The notes under the pieces are model-generated. The model was not told the origin of the DNA, did not search any database, and saw nothing but the letters and a program-made list of their open reading frames with translations. A DNA stretch of 24,000 nucleotides from contig JBCBQD010000032.1 in NCBI GenBank assembly GCA_039820425.1, positions 8,637-32,636 of the forward strand, in the 5' to 3' direction. The DNA is from Cyanobacteria bacterium J06635_1. Its GTDB lineage: Bacteria; Cyanobacteriota; Cyanobacteriia; Phormidesmidales; Phormidesmidaceae. How positions within the stretch are numbered: the first letter of the stretch is position 1; every line of letters starts with the position of its first letter. Shown piece by piece: positions 14,855 to 24,000 of the stretch. A program made the position numbers and the translations under genes.

Positions 14855-17104
14855 ATGGACTATTGGGAGTTTCTTATCCAGCAAGAAGGCGACCAGACCT
14901 GGTTACCCCTTGAAACAAAACAGGTAGAAATTTTGGAAGGGCGGTACCGCATCGCCGCCCATACCAGCCATATCAGTGCCCCTGTCGATATCAGAGTCAG
15001 CCAGCTGATGACCACTGAGATGCCGCCTCGACGACGGGTGCGCAAGCGTCGCGGTCAAACAAATGATCATGGACTGATCATTATCTTTCCATACATGCAG
15101 CTCCAGGCAGGACACTGGGAAGTCACCTGCAGCACGGTCAACGTCATGGATGACCTGCTGGGCGGGGGATGGCAATATCACGTGCATCTGCAAGTCTTAC
15201 CCCGCGCCGAAGATGACTGGGACCCAAACTGGTCCAATTCTGAAAAAGCCCTCGGCAAGGCACCAGACGAGGAACCTGGTCTGGAAGCCCAGCAGGTGGC
15301 CGAGTCAATCTCCCAACAAATGGTCGAGGGTCTGTTCCAGGAAATTGACGAGGAAATAGATACGGTTGTGGCTTCAACCACAGCGCCAAGTCCAGAGACA
15401 GCGGCCCCTCGCTACTACGAAGTCCATCTGCAGCAACAAGCCTACATGGCTGAGCACGACCAGACCCTGGACCTTACAGGCCAAGTCTTATCTCCCAACA
15501 CTGAACCCCCCAAGGAGGTTGATGGCGAGCTGTGGGTACAGCTTCGAGATCCCCAAACCGCATACGTCGTCTTTGAGGTTCAGCAACCGCTCCAAATTGC
15601 GCCTCAACCCACAGACTTTACCTTTGAGTTAACGCTGCCTGACTATATTCAAGATGTTCAAACCCGTGTTTTAGTTGGGGAGTTAGCCGTTTTTGATCGT
15701 CACGATCCGATCGCGGCGTTGGCCTCAACTACGTTTACGCTTACCCTGGGGTTAACCCAGCTGCTAGATCGACTAGCTAACACGACAAACGATACGTCTG
15801 CCGAACTCCTAGGAGAAACCTTCGAGGAGGAGGTCTCTGTTTATCCAGGTTCGACCGAGCCCTTCAGCAAGCCCCCGGAGAATCCCGCTACGCTCATTTC
15901 TCCTGATTTGCCGCTGCCCCCCTCTAAGGTAAAAGTGCTCGTACCCTCCTTGGGACTCACCCTGCCACCCCAAATCCATCAGTCAGACAGCGAGACAATA
16001 CCATCCGATCGCACCCCAACGCTACCCAGCTTCCCGCCGCAAAACAAGCCCCCTGGACCTGCCCCGAGCATCGCTGAAGCCGCTGCAGATATGCCCGCCC
16101 CCCCGGTCCAAGCGGGGGAGGCGCGGCTTGATGACGAGCCCACCGCCACCCTGCCCAATTTAGACATCGAGACAGCCGCAGCCAGCGATCTCCCCCATCA
16201 CTCCCTGACTGACTTACCCACCGACAGCGACGCACTCCAAATGCCAGCGCTGTTCGAGAGTCATGGCATTGATGATGATGACCTCGAGGCTGATTTGGTT
16301 GCTGCGGTCTTAGACGACGAGGGTTTGGAGACCTCCTTCGAGCCTGAAGAGGTAGACCCTGAGCTAGAGCCCCCAGATTTGTTCTTTGAAGAAGAAGAGA
16401 GTTATCAGCAACCGGTCCAGGAAGATCAGCTGACGGCCTCTTTTCAGTCACTCAAGCTGCAAGAGCGGTTTTGGCAAAAGCTGACCTCGCTCACCTTGGA
16501 AGATCATCAGAAAGCCGCGGACTTAAAAGCAGGCATGCAGGCGGCTGGGGTCGCCGAGACTCAGACTGCTTCCCAGCCCACCGCCCAGGTCAAGGAGACC
16601 GTGCCCCAGACAGCAGCGCCAGACAGTGAACGCGCTGACTTGTCAGCCCAAGAAGTCGTGATCTACGAAGAAAATCCCCCCGCGGCTCCCCCGATTAACC
16701 CCGCAGCCCTATCGTCTGTTCCTCAAGACTTGGCAGAGCTGCCCATTTTACCCACACCCACCTTAGAGGTACCCAATCGGGAACTGACCGCAGGGGAAAC
16801 GATCTCGATTGGGATTCGGCTGGCCCCCACTAGCAATCGTCCTTACGTTAAGGTTTGGATGAACGACCTGCAAACTCGAACCCTGATTGAGGAGCCCCGC
16901 TTACTCATGCATCTCACCCCAAACGATCGGGGAGAGCTTGAAACCTACATGCGAGTTAGAGTGCCACGGGGCTGTCTGGATTTACAAATTGCTGCGATCG
17001 CAGTCGATATGACCACCCTGCAAGAAAGCCGCAAGAGTGTTGCCAACCGCCGGGTTATCCCAGCGAATATGCCGAGTCTGTCCTGGGATGAGTTTGAGGT
17101 GTAG
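14855..17104 (+). CDS. Large hypothetical protein with beta-rich terminal modules and an acidic/proline-rich disordered centre
   Basis: I place the start at ATG 14855 (MDYWEFLIQQEGDQTWLPLE...), giving 749 aa. Folded-looking N-terminal (aa about 1-130) and C-terminal (about last 130 aa) parts flank long D/E/P/Q-rich stretches. I recognise no family motif. Confidence 0.7.
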   Translation: MDYWEFLIQQEGDQTWLPLETKQVEILEGRYRIAAHTSHISAPVDIRVSQLMTTEMPPRRRVRKRRGQTNDHGLIIIFPYMQLQAGHWEVTCSTVNVMDDLLGGGWQYHVHLQVLPRAEDDWDPNWSNSEKALGKAPDEEPGLEAQQVAESISQQMVEGLFQEIDEEIDTVVASTTAPSPETAAPRYYEVHLQQQAYMAEHDQTLDLTGQVLSPNTEPPKEVDGELWVQLRDPQTAYVVFEVQQPLQIAPQPTDFTFELTLPDYIQDVQTRVLVGELAVFDRHDPIAALASTTFTLTLGLTQLLDRLANTTNDTSAELLGETFEEEVSVYPGSTEPFSKPPENPATLISPDLPLPPSKVKVLVPSLGLTLPPQIHQSDSETIPSDRTPTLPSFPPQNKPPGPAPSIAEAAADMPAPPVQAGEARLDDEPTATLPNLDIETAAASDLPHHSLTDLPTDSDALQMPALFESHGIDDDDLEADLVAAVLDDEGLETSFEPEEVDPELEPPDLFFEEEESYQQPVQEDQLTASFQSLKLQERFWQKLTSLTLEDHQKAADLKAGMQAAGVAETQTASQPTAQVKETVPQTAAPDSERADLSAQEVVIYEENPPAAPPINPAALSSVPQDLAELPILPTPTLEVPNRELTAGETISIGIRLAPTSNRPYVKVWMNDLQTRTLIEEPRLLMHLTPNDRGELETYMRVRVPRGCLDLQIAAIAVDMTTLQESRKSVANRRVIPANMPSLSWDEFEV

Positions 17105-17142
17105 TCCCCGCGAAAAGTCTTTTCAAAATTAGTCTTCGCAAA

Positions 17143-17156
17143 ATTTGTATACAAAT
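17143..17156. promoter_or_regulatory. Perfect 14-bp palindrome ATTTGTATACAAAT
   Basis: Read directly, about 95 nt upstream of the small ORF at 17251. Function is inferred only. Confidence 0.2.
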
Positions 17157-17250
17157 GCCATATGGTATCCCAATTCACAGTAGGCTTATGTAATTAAGTC
17201 TTAACCATCGTTAAGGCAGTAGACGTTAATCTGGAGCACTCAGAACTTAT

Positions 17251-17358
17251 ATGGATACATCGCTTTTGCCACAGGTTATGGTCCCCATCGTCGCCATCCA
17301 TGCCTTTGCTTTTATGATTGCTATGTTCCTATATGTGGAGCAAGAAGAAACCACTTAA
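17251..17358 (+). CDS. Candidate small membrane protein (35 aa)
   Basis: Not in the track because it is too short. ATG at 17251 gives MDTSLLPQVMVPIVAIHAFAFMIAMFLYVEQEETT, then a stop. It has one hydrophobic helix and an acidic tail, and a strong terminator follows 10 nt later. I recognise no homology. Confidence 0.35.
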   Translation: MDTSLLPQVMVPIVAIHAFAFMIAMFLYVEQEETT

Positions 17359-17368
17359 TCCAACATCC

Positions 17369-17422
17369 AAATAAAAGCAGCAAAGGCTCGGCAGCTTTGC
17401 CGAGCCTTTGCTGCTTTTATTT
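17369..17422. terminator. Bidirectional rho-independent terminator (shared by the small + strand ORF and psbJ)
   Basis: Perfect 25-bp inverted repeat AAATAAAAGCAGCAAAGGCTCGGCA / TGCCGAGCCTTTGCTGCTTTTATTT with a 4-nt loop. The GC core has A/T-rich ends, which gives a U-tract in both directions. Confidence 0.85.
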
Positions 17423-17447
17423 GCTTAAATCACCAACCGATCTAGCC

Positions 17448-17567
17448 CTAAACGGCAGACCCAACGCCAGCATAAGCACCATAGAAAAAGAGCCCGACCA
17501 CAACCAGCACACCTGTGCCTGCTACGGTAGCCACAATCCATAGGGGAATCCGGCCATTTTGAAACAT
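17448..17567 (-). CDS. psbJ: Photosystem II protein PsbJ
   Basis: Too short for the track. Reverse translation gives [39 protein letters not shown] (39 aa), which matches the PsbJ consensus. Confidence 0.93.
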   Translation of the reverse strand: MFQNGRIPLWIVATVAGTGVLVVVGLFFYGAYAGVGSAV

Positions 17568-17693
17568 TGATTTATCTCCTAATCACCAAAAGCGTTCTAT
17601 TCTCAGACATCAACCCATTCGTGCCAGAGTTGGCTAACGAAACTGCATCCCATTCGAAAACTCAGGTGAGTGCTTTCTGGATGCAGGTAGACT

Positions 17694-17813
17694 TTAGTTA
17701 AAGAAGTAGCTGGAAAACAAAAGACCCGTTACAAAAATCAGCAACAGCCCCAGAAACAGGGAGGTGCGATTAAGTTCAACAGGTTGCTTATTCGGGTTTG
17801 GGGTTCTATCCAC
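17694..17813 (-). CDS. psbL: Photosystem II protein PsbL (GTG start)
   Basis: Reverse translation gives (V/M)[38 protein letters not shown] (39 aa). GGAG lies 6 nt upstream of the GTG, and there is no in-frame ATG. Confidence 0.93.
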   Translation of the reverse strand: MDRTPNPNKQPVELNRTSLFLGLLLIFVTGLLFSSYFFN

Positions 17814-17822
17814 AGATATCTC

Positions 17823-17957
17823 CTAGCGTTGAATAAATTGCATAGCGGCGATCGCGCCCAAAAAGAAAACGGAAGGCACTGCCAGGGCATGTACCGACAG
17901 CCAGCGCACCGTAAAAATCGGGTAAACGATAGGTTCGTTTGGGTTTTGACTGGTCAT
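17823..17957 (-). CDS. psbF: Cytochrome b559 beta subunit
   Basis: Reverse translation gives [44 protein letters not shown] (44 aa), including the haem-ligand His. Confidence 0.95.
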   Translation of the reverse strand: MTSQNPNEPIVYPIFTVRWLSVHALAVPSVFFLGAIAAMQFIQR

Positions 17958-18012
17958 AGGGTGACTCCAAATTCAAATCAGTGGCATCAAATAAAAACGA
18001 AAGCGGCAACGG

Positions 18013-18261
18013 CTATTTAGCCAAAAACTCATCGATCTGCTGCTTCGCTTCGAAGCGTTCTTGCAAAATCGGCGTGTTTGCCTGGTTGTTGGGAAAATAT
18101 TCGTTGGGGCGAGGGGTCCCAAACGCATCATAGGCAAGGCCAGTCGACACAAATAGCCAACCCGCAATAAATAGCGCCGGAATGGTGATGCTGTGGATAA
18201 TCCAGTAGCGAATACTGGTAATGATATCGGAAAAGGGTCTTTCGCCAGTTGTACCTGCCAT
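18013..18261 (-). CDS. psbE: Cytochrome b559 alpha subunit
   Basis: 82-aa ORF: [56 protein letters not shown]... AGGAG lies upstream. Confidence 0.97.
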   Translation of the reverse strand: MAGTTGERPFSDIITSIRYWIIHSITIPALFIAGWLFVSTGLAYDAFGTPRPNEYFPNNQANTPILQERFEAKQQIDEFLAK

Positions 18262-18391
18262 GTCACAGTCTCCTCTTTAACAGCAAATTAAGCTTTGTAT
18301 CTATCATAGGCAACAGGGGATATCCCTCACAAGCAAAACAGTTGGTAAACTCACCACAATCTCTGATTTGCCCTGATGTCTATTCACGACA

Positions 18392-19408
18392 TCAGACGAC
18401 TGGCTCAGCCGCCTCGCCTTTGTAGCGCAGCAGGTAGCCCCGCTGCCCTAAGACAAAACCCTGATCTGGGCTCAAAAATTTAATCCGGTACAAATTTGTG
18501 GGTACCTCAGAGATAGGTTCATCTCTGAGCCAGGTTTCTCCCCCGTCAAAGCTAGCAAGCAGGTTACCGCTACCCCCAGTTACCCAAACTTCATCAGGGG
18601 TCCGATAGGCCATGTCTAGCAAGCCCCAGCTCGTAGACACCTCTGGATTGATCGGTTCACCCCAGGCCTCGTAATCACTAGCGGATTCGCCAAACTGCAT
18701 CTGTCCGCCCCGAGCCAGCAGCCACAGCGTACCGTCCTTGGCAAAGCCCATATTCTGGAGGCGCTTTGAGTTTTCACGATTGTGGGGTTGCCAGGTGCGC
18801 TGCCCAGGTACCCAGGTAGAGTAAAAATTACCGCGAGATGAAACCGCCACATAGCGACCATCCTCGTTGCGCAGCATATTACGCACCACACCCACAGCGG
18901 CTTCCACCATAGCTTTCCAGTTGCGTCCGCCGTCTTCGGTGAGGTAAATCGCACCAATATCGGTCGCTAGCTCTGCCTTATCTTCACCCAGGGCGGTCAC
19001 CAATAGCGGCGACCCGGGCAGATCGGCACTCAGGGGAATATTAGACCAGGACTGACCGCCATCGGTGGTGTGTAAAAGCACGCTCGGAAGCCCCGCGACC
19101 CAGCCATCGTTACCGCTAAAGCTAACCGAGGTAAAGGTGAACTTTTGATCATCTACATCAAGGGTGCGGGCCTCCCAAGAGTGGCCCCCGTCAACGGTCT
19201 CTAAAAGCGTGTTCTGACTGCCCACAACCCAACCGTGGTCAAGGTCAATCATGGCGATATCCGATAGGGCTGCGTCCGACTCTAGCGAGATCACCTCCCA
19301 CGGATTACGCTCCAGCGATGGCAAAAAAACGCCACTGCAGCTAGCTGCAAAAATTGCGATCGCAATCAGAATCACAACTTTTCTCAAAGGGGCTAAAACC
19401 GTTCCCAT
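18392..19408 (-). CDS. ycf48: Photosystem II assembly factor Ycf48 (HCF136 homologue), beta-propeller lipoprotein
   Basis: Track ORF 18392..19465. I prefer Met20 (19408) as the start: MGTVLAPLRKVVILIAIAIFAASCSG is a signal with a lipobox-like Cys. Repeated propeller blades (TxDGGxSW / DGGRNW / DGGETW). Conserved position between rubA and psbE. Confidence 0.92.
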   Translation of the reverse strand: MGTVLAPLRKVVILIAIAIFAASCSGVFLPSLERNPWEVISLESDAALSDIAMIDLDHGWVVGSQNTLLETVDGGHSWEARTLDVDDQKFTFTSVSFSGNDGWVAGLPSVLLHTTDGGQSWSNIPLSADLPGSPLLVTALGEDKAELATDIGAIYLTEDGGRNWKAMVEAAVGVVRNMLRNEDGRYVAVSSRGNFYSTWVPGQRTWQPHNRENSKRLQNMGFAKDGTLWLLARGGQMQFGESASDYEAWGEPINPEVSTSWGLLDMAYRTPDEVWVTGGSGNLLASFDGGETWLRDEPISEVPTNLYRIKFLSPDQGFVLGQRGYLLRYKGEAAEPVV

Positions 19409-19480
19409 GACTATATCCATCCAGGCTGAATCAGTTAAACATCGAAAAGAGCGAAAAAGAGGCACAGGCCCGCTAAGCCT

Positions 19481-19915
19481 TTAACGCAGACCATACAGAC
19501 TCATAAAGAACAAAAACGCGATGCCCAGAGCCCCAAAAATTAGAATATTTTTTTGACCCGGTGTCAGGGTATTGACGCCCAACCCATAGCCCAGGTTTTC
19601 CTTAAAACCTGACGGAGTCCCCTTGGGGCCAACATTGCTAAATTGGCGCTTACGCGCACCGCAGACCGGGCACCGCCAATCATCCTCCAGGTCCTCAAAG
19701 GGAACCCCCGCCGCAATCCCACCCTGGGAATCCCCTTTGGCCGGTTCATAGACATAGCCACAGGCACGACACTCGTGGCGATCCATTTCTTGGGGCGTTA
19801 AGGGCTTTTCGGGTGTTTCAGCATCGGGCGAGGTTGTCTCAACCAGCTCAGCCTGGGCAATTTCAGCGGCCGACTCACCAGCGTCAAGTTTAGAAGGATC
19901 TGACTCGATATTCAT
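19481..19915 (-). CDS. rubA: Membrane-anchored rubredoxin RubA
   Basis: Rubredoxin core with [10 protein letters not shown]...[13 protein letters not shown] (two CxxC pairs) and a C-terminal TM helix [20 protein letters not shown]. The acidic N-terminal 43 aa may not be translated. An alternative start is Met44 at 19786. Confidence 0.9.
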   Translation of the reverse strand: MNIESDPSKLDAGESAAEIAQAELVETTSPDAETPEKPLTPQEMDRHECRACGYVYEPAKGDSQGGIAAGVPFEDLEDDWRCPVCGARKRQFSNVGPKGTPSGFKENLGYGLGVNTLTPGQKNILIFGALGIAFLFFMSLYGLR

Positions 19916-20186
19916 TGGAATCTATGGGATGCGGTCTTTGAGGTGCAGGGTTACAGCCATGAGTAAATCCCAGGACGGGACTATTCTCAATGGGTTCAAT
20001 TTCGAATCCTTATTCGGTTACTCACAAGCAACCTATCTAAAGCCTGCTGTGTTCTACTAGAATAGTAACGTTGTAAACAATTATTACATAAGCCGTCCCC
20101 CTTTCTCATTTTGATGGGCCTGTCCTCTGGGTTAGGATGAGCCTTGGCAAGACGATTACAATAAATCGAGTAGGTTAAGGTTTAAC

Positions 20187-20549
20187 GTGTTTGTTTTAAG
20201 TGGCTACGAGTATTTCCTGGTCTTTTTATTGATATGCAGCTCGATCCCTATCCTGGCACTCACCGCCTCAAAGCTTTTGAGGCCCGTGGGGACAGGGGCT
20301 GCCCGACGCACAACGTATGAATCTGGCATGGAGCCCATTGGCGGTGCCTGGATTCAGTTCAATATTCGGTATTACATGTTTGCCCTGGTCTTCGTCATTT
20401 TCGACGTGGAGACCGTTTTTCTATACCCCTGGGCAGTCGCTTTCAGTAAACTCGGCCTGTTAGCCTTCGTCGAAGCCCTAATTTTTATTGCAATTCTTGT
20501 GGTTGGTCTAGTCTACGCCTGGCGTAAAGGAGCATTGGAATGGTCATGA
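20187..20549 (+). CDS. ndhC: NAD(P)H-quinone oxidoreductase subunit 3 (NdhC)
   Basis: 120-aa ORF with a GTG start. Motifs: [40 protein letters not shown]. Confidence 0.95.
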   Translation: MFVLSGYEYFLVFLLICSSIPILALTASKLLRPVGTGAARRTTYESGMEPIGGAWIQFNIRYYMFALVFVIFDVETVFLYPWAVAFSKLGLLAFVEALIFIAILVVGLVYAWRKGALEWS

Positions 20550-21277
20550 ACCCCACCTCGAGCAGCCCATTGGTCGGGTCCGATGAGCGGATTATGAATC
20601 CGACGGCTCCGCCCACGGTGACCCAGGACCTGTCTGAAAACGTCATTCTCACCACCGTTGACGATCTTTACAACTGGACCCGGCTGTCTAGCTTGTTCCC
20701 GCTGCTTTATGGCACGGCTTGTTGCTTTATCGAATTTGCGGCGCTGCTGGGCTCTCGCTTTGACTTTGATCGCTTTGGTTTAGCGCCCCGGTCGAGCCCC
20801 CGTCAGGCCGACCTGATTATCACAGCGGGCACCATCACCATGAAAATGGCCCCGGCCCTGGTGCGCCTTTATGAGCAAATGCCCGAGCCCAAGTACGTGA
20901 TTGCCATGGGCGCTTGCACCATCACTGGCGGCATGTTTAGTGTTGACTCTCCGTCTGCGGTGCGGGGCGTGGATAAGCTGATTCCGGTGGATGTCTATAT
21001 TCCTGGCTGCCCGCCCCGACCCGAGGCGATCTTTGACGCCGTCATCAAGCTGCGCAAAAAGATTGCCAACGAGTCGATGCAAGAGCGCGGTGCCCTACAG
21101 CAGGTCCATCGCTACTACACCCGTGACCACAAGATGAAGGCCGTCGAGCCCATTTTGACCGGGAAGTATCTCAACTCAGGCACCTGGGCAGCGCCCCCTA
21201 AGGAACTCACCGAAGCCATGGGCATGCCTGTCAACCCTGCTTTGGACGAGGTCAAGGAGGAAGTCACCAATGGCTGA
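20540..21277 (+). CDS. ndhK: NAD(P)H-quinone oxidoreductase subunit K (NdhK)
   Basis: 245-aa ORF with the Fe-S ligand blocks [20 protein letters not shown] and [10 protein letters not shown]. The start is either ATG 20540 or ATG 20546. The second gives an ATGA overlap with the ndhC stop. Confidence 0.95.
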   Translation: MVMNPTSSSPLVGSDERIMNPTAPPTVTQDLSENVILTTVDDLYNWTRLSSLFPLLYGTACCFIEFAALLGSRFDFDRFGLAPRSSPRQADLIITAGTITMKMAPALVRLYEQMPEPKYVIAMGACTITGGMFSVDSPSAVRGVDKLIPVDVYIPGCPPRPEAIFDAVIKLRKKIANESMQERGALQQVHRYYTRDHKMKAVEPILTGKYLNSGTWAAPPKELTEAMGMPVNPALDEVKEEVTNG

Positions 21278-21824
21278 AGAAGACGTCAAGCCAAACTCAG
21301 AGCCGACTAATGAGGCAGCAAACTCGGACGAGGCCAGCGCCATTGTCGAAGCAGGCCCGGTCTCAAGCTGGCTCAGCGAACAGGGATTTAGCCACGAAAC
21401 CCTGGAACCTGACCACCTTGGTCAAGAAGTCCTAAAAGTCGAGCCCGCCTTCTTAATTCCCTTTTGTACGGCGCTCTATGCCTACGGATTTAACTACTTG
21501 CAATGCCAGGGGGCCTATGACGCTGGCCCGGGGCAGCCATTGGTGAGCTTTTACCACCTGATCAAAGTCAGCGACAACGCCGACACCCCTGCCGAAGTCC
21601 GCATCAAGGTCTTTTTGCCCAGAGATAATCCCAGGGTGCCCTCGGTCTATTGGATCTGGAAGTCCGCCGACTGGCAAGAACGTGAAAGCTTTGACATGTA
21701 TGGCATCTATTACGAAGGCCATCCTAATCTTAAGCGCCTGCTCATGCCCGAAGACTGGGTAGGCTGGCCCCTGCGAAAAGACTACATTTCGCCTGACTTT
21801 TACGAGTTGCAAGACGCGTATTGA
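21270..21824 (+). CDS. ndhJ: NAD(P)H-quinone oxidoreductase subunit J (NdhJ)
   Basis: 184-aa ORF overlapping the ndhK stop by 8 nt (ATGGCTGA). Motifs: [32 protein letters not shown]. Confidence 0.95.
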   Translation: MAEEDVKPNSEPTNEAANSDEASAIVEAGPVSSWLSEQGFSHETLEPDHLGQEVLKVEPAFLIPFCTALYAYGFNYLQCQGAYDAGPGQPLVSFYHLIKVSDNADTPAEVRIKVFLPRDNPRVPSVYWIWKSADWQERESFDMYGIYYEGHPNLKRLLMPEDWVGWPLRKDYISPDFYELQDAY

Positions 21825-22012
<188 letters not shown>

Positions 22013-22191
22013 AATTTTGTACTTTTGTTGCGTTTCGCAAAGTAACTTAAAGCGCTTCCCCTTTTCACTTAACAAAATTGTTGCATTCAAAATGTGGCGA
22101 CTGGATTTATGCGATTATTGGACGCAGTGAAATATTAAGACTTCCCAGTCTTACGGGCTGTCCAATCTTAAATAGGAAAAAGGACGTTCTC

Positions 22192-22683
22192 ATGGTGACC
22201 AATTTTATGACGGCGACTGAAGACCCTCAAGTGGGTAATCTCGCCACCCCGTTGAATTCTTCTGCAGCAACTAGAACCTACATTAATAATTTGCCTGCTT
22301 ACCGCGAGGGCCTCTCCCCTTTTAGTCGCGGTCTTGAGGTAGGTGTCGCCCACGGCTATTGGTTTTATGGGCCTTTTGCTGTATTGGGTCCTCTGCGGGC
22401 GACTGATTATGGCCCTATTGCTGGCGCGATTGCTGCCGTGAGCTTTGTATTTATCTTGACTATAGCCATGTCTATCTACAACGCAGCTGGGCCTGGTGGG
22501 GCAACCAAGACGTTGACCACACCCAATCCTCCAGAGGCCTTTAGCACCCGTGAAGGGTGGAGCAACTTTGCCAGCGGTTTCTTAATCGGTGGGTGCAGTG
22601 GTGCGTTCTTTGCGTATCTGCTTTGCCAGACGCCTCACCTGCTACCGTTGCAAAACATTGCAAGTGGCGTTTGGTCCTCGTAA
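22192..22683 (+). CDS. psaL: Photosystem I reaction centre subunit XI (PsaL)
   Basis: I place the start at ATG 22192, after AGGAAAAAGGA. Motifs: NLATPLNSS...YINNLPAYREGLSPFSRGLEVGVAHGYWFYGPFAVLGPLR...GWSNFASGFLIGGCSGAFFAY. The upstream 38 codons of the track ORF are not PsaL-like. Confidence 0.9.
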   Translation: MVTNFMTATEDPQVGNLATPLNSSAATRTYINNLPAYREGLSPFSRGLEVGVAHGYWFYGPFAVLGPLRATDYGPIAGAIAAVSFVFILTIAMSIYNAAGPGGATKTLTTPNPPEAFSTREGWSNFASGFLIGGCSGAFFAYLLCQTPHLLPLQNIASGVWSS

Positions 22684-22757
22684 TTACTGAGTGAGTAGTT
22701 GTTAAGTCATCTCTGCTTAGCAATGACAACCTGACAAATTCATAGAACGTGTAACTT

Positions 22758-22786
22758 AGCACTCTCTCCGTAGAGTGCTTTTTCTT
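22758..22786 (+). terminator. Rho-independent terminator of psaL
   Basis: 8-bp stem AGCACTCT (22758-22765) / AGAGTGCT (22772-22779), followed by TTTTTCTTT. Confidence 0.8.
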
Positions 22787-22797
22787 TATTTCGAGCT

Positions 22798-24000
22798 GTG
22801 GACCTCTTTGATCACCATCGACAAAGGCAAATTGAGCAAGAAGCCCCGCTAGCGGCACGGATGCGGCCTCAAACCCTGGACGATTATGTCGGCCAGGAAG
22901 GTATCTTGGGACCGGGGCGACTGCTGCGCCGGGCGATTCAGGCGGATCAACTGTCGTCTTTAATCTTTTATGGTCCGCCGGGAACGGGCAAAACCACCCT
23001 GGCGCGGGTAATCGCTAACACCACAAAAGCGCACTTCATCTCGATTAATGCGGTGCTGGCAGGGGTTAAAGAGATTCGGGGTGCGATCGCAACCGCCCAA
23101 GACCAGCGCGGCCAGTTTCAACAGCGCACTATCTTGTTTGTCGACGAGGTTCACCGCTTTAACAAAGCCCAACAAGATGCCCTGCTACCCTGGGTCGAAA
23201 ACGGCACCGTGATTTTGATCGGGGCCACCACCGAAAACCCCTACTTCGAAGTCAACAAGGCCCTGGTCAGCCGCTCTCGGGTATTTCAACTCAAACCGCT
23301 GACAGACGAGGATTTACGCACAATTATCGACCATACCCTGAGCGATACCCAGCGAGGCTATGGCGCTCTCACCGTACAACTCGATAAAGACGCCATTGAC
23401 CATTTAGTGAATGTCGCCAACGGCGATGCTCGGGCGTTGCTTAATGCCCTGGAGCTGGCGATCGAGACCACCCCACCAGATGAGACCGACACGATTCGCA
23501 TCACCCTGGCCGTGGCGGAGGAGTCTATCCAACAGCGGGCAGTGCTCTACGACAAAGAAGGCGACGCCCACTTTGACACCATCAGCGCCTTTATCAAAAG
23601 TATGCGCGGCTCGGACCCCGATGCTACCCTCTACTGGCTGGCCCGCATGGTCTATGCGGGCGAAGACCCGCGCTTTATCTTTCGGCGAATGCTGATTTTG
23701 GCTGGAGAAGACGTGGGCATGGCCGACCCCCAGGCGGTGGTGGTGGTCAACAGCTGTGCCCAGGCGTTTGATCGGGTCGGCATGCCCGAGGGGCGCTATC
23801 CCCTGGCCCAGGCAGCGCTGTATCTCGCAACTTGTCCGAAATCAAATAGCGTCATGGGCTTTTACGATGCCCTTGCCGCGGTCGAAAAAGAACGGGAGGC
23901 TGAGGTGCCCAACCCGATGAAAGATGCCAACCGCGATAGCAAGAGCTTTGGCCACGGCAAGGGCTATCTCTATCCCCACGCCTATCGCGACCACTGGGTT
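22798..24000 (+). CDS. rarA: Replication-associated recombination protein A (RarA/MgsA AAA+ ATPase), 3' end beyond window
   Basis: Not in the track because it is open to the right edge. GTG at 22798 gives (M)DLFDHHRQRQIEQEAPLAARMRPQTLDDYVGQ... Walker A is FYGPPGTGKTTLA and Walker B is ILFVDEVHRFNKAQQD. Further blocks: GATTENPYFEVNKALVSRSR, DAHFDTISAFIKSMRGSDPDA, YWLARM..GEDPRFIFRR. Confidence 0.9.
   Translation, partial: MDLFDHHRQRQIEQEAPLAARMRPQTLDDYVGQEGILGPGRLLRRAIQADQLSSLIFYGPPGTGKTTLARVIANTTKAHFISINAVLAGVKEIRGAIATAQDQRGQFQQRTILFVDEVHRFNKAQQDALLPWVENGTVILIGATTENPYFEVNKALVSRSRVFQLKPLTDEDLRTIIDHTLSDTQRGYGALTVQLDKDAIDHLVNVANGDARALLNALELAIETTPPDETDTIRITLAVAEESIQQRAVLYDKEGDAHFDTISAFIKSMRGSDPDATLYWLARMVYAGEDPRFIFRRMLILAGEDVGMADPQAVVVVNSCAQAFDRVGMPEGRYPLAQAALYLATCPKSNSVMGFYDALAAVEKEREAEVPNPMKDANRDSKSFGHGKGYLYPHAYRDHWV

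Noticed and set aside
15957-16451. 164-aa minus-strand ORF inside the large acidic protein gene
   Set aside because: Its Arg/Pro/Gly-rich composition is what the reverse complement of an acidic/Pro-rich coding region produces. There is no start context or motif.
18374-18396. 8-bp hairpin CTGATGTC-N7-GACATCAG overlapping the ycf48 stop codon as a terminator between ycf48 and psbE
   Set aside because: No U-tract follows it on the transcribed (minus) strand, and ycf48-psbE co-transcription or an internal promoter is equally plausible. The evidence is insufficient to call a terminator.
18531-18547. Apparent 1-nt discrepancy in the C-run of ycf48 when I indexed the sequence by hand, which would imply a frameshift
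   Set aside because: The supplied ORF track gives one uninterrupted 357-aa frame whose translation matches Ycf48 on both sides of the run. I attribute the discrepancy to my manual counting of a homopolymer, not to a real frameshift.
19992-20009. GGGTTCAATTTCGAATCC, superficially like a tRNA T-arm (GGTTCGAATCC)
   Set aside because: The T-loop is interrupted. I could not build an acceptor stem, D-arm or anticodon arm around it. It lies in the rubA/ndhC divergent promoter region.

Overview
This is a cyanobacterial chromosomal segment. The HIP1 octamer GCGATCGC occurs at least 15 times by eye, and the window carries core photosynthesis genes. It is mostly core genome, with no transposase, integrase, CRISPR array, tRNA or rRNA that I can support. 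The left part runs, left to right: a partial DsbA-like lipoprotein gene (-), mnmG (-), a decayed Uma2-family nuclease gene, a HAD-like hydrolase, a NurA-like nuclease, a large PstS-like/TM/2xDUF4912 fusion protein, a DUF937 protein, an unknown Trp-rich protein, and nfu. It continues with serS, an RseP-type site-2 protease, nth, rpsN and a 749-aa acidic/proline-rich protein. The right part holds the conserved rubA-ycf48-psbEFLJ cluster (-), then ndhC-ndhK-ndhJ, psaL and the 5' part of rarA (all +). The feature that annotation does not explain is a set of modular short-tandem-repeat elements, often with 7-nt periodicity. Each has a purine-rich arm starting at or within about 30 nt of the stop codon of a + strand gene, and a partly complementary pyrimidine-rich arm 60-170 nt downstream. 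I see five intergenic copies. A sixth copy is a chimera sharing exact 14-18 nt strings with two of them. It sits in frame inside the NurA-like ORF and carries textbook G-quadruplex motifs on both strands. The PstS-like/DUF4912 architecture and the large disordered protein are the other items worth follow-up. All family calls rest on motif recognition from memory. No searches were run.
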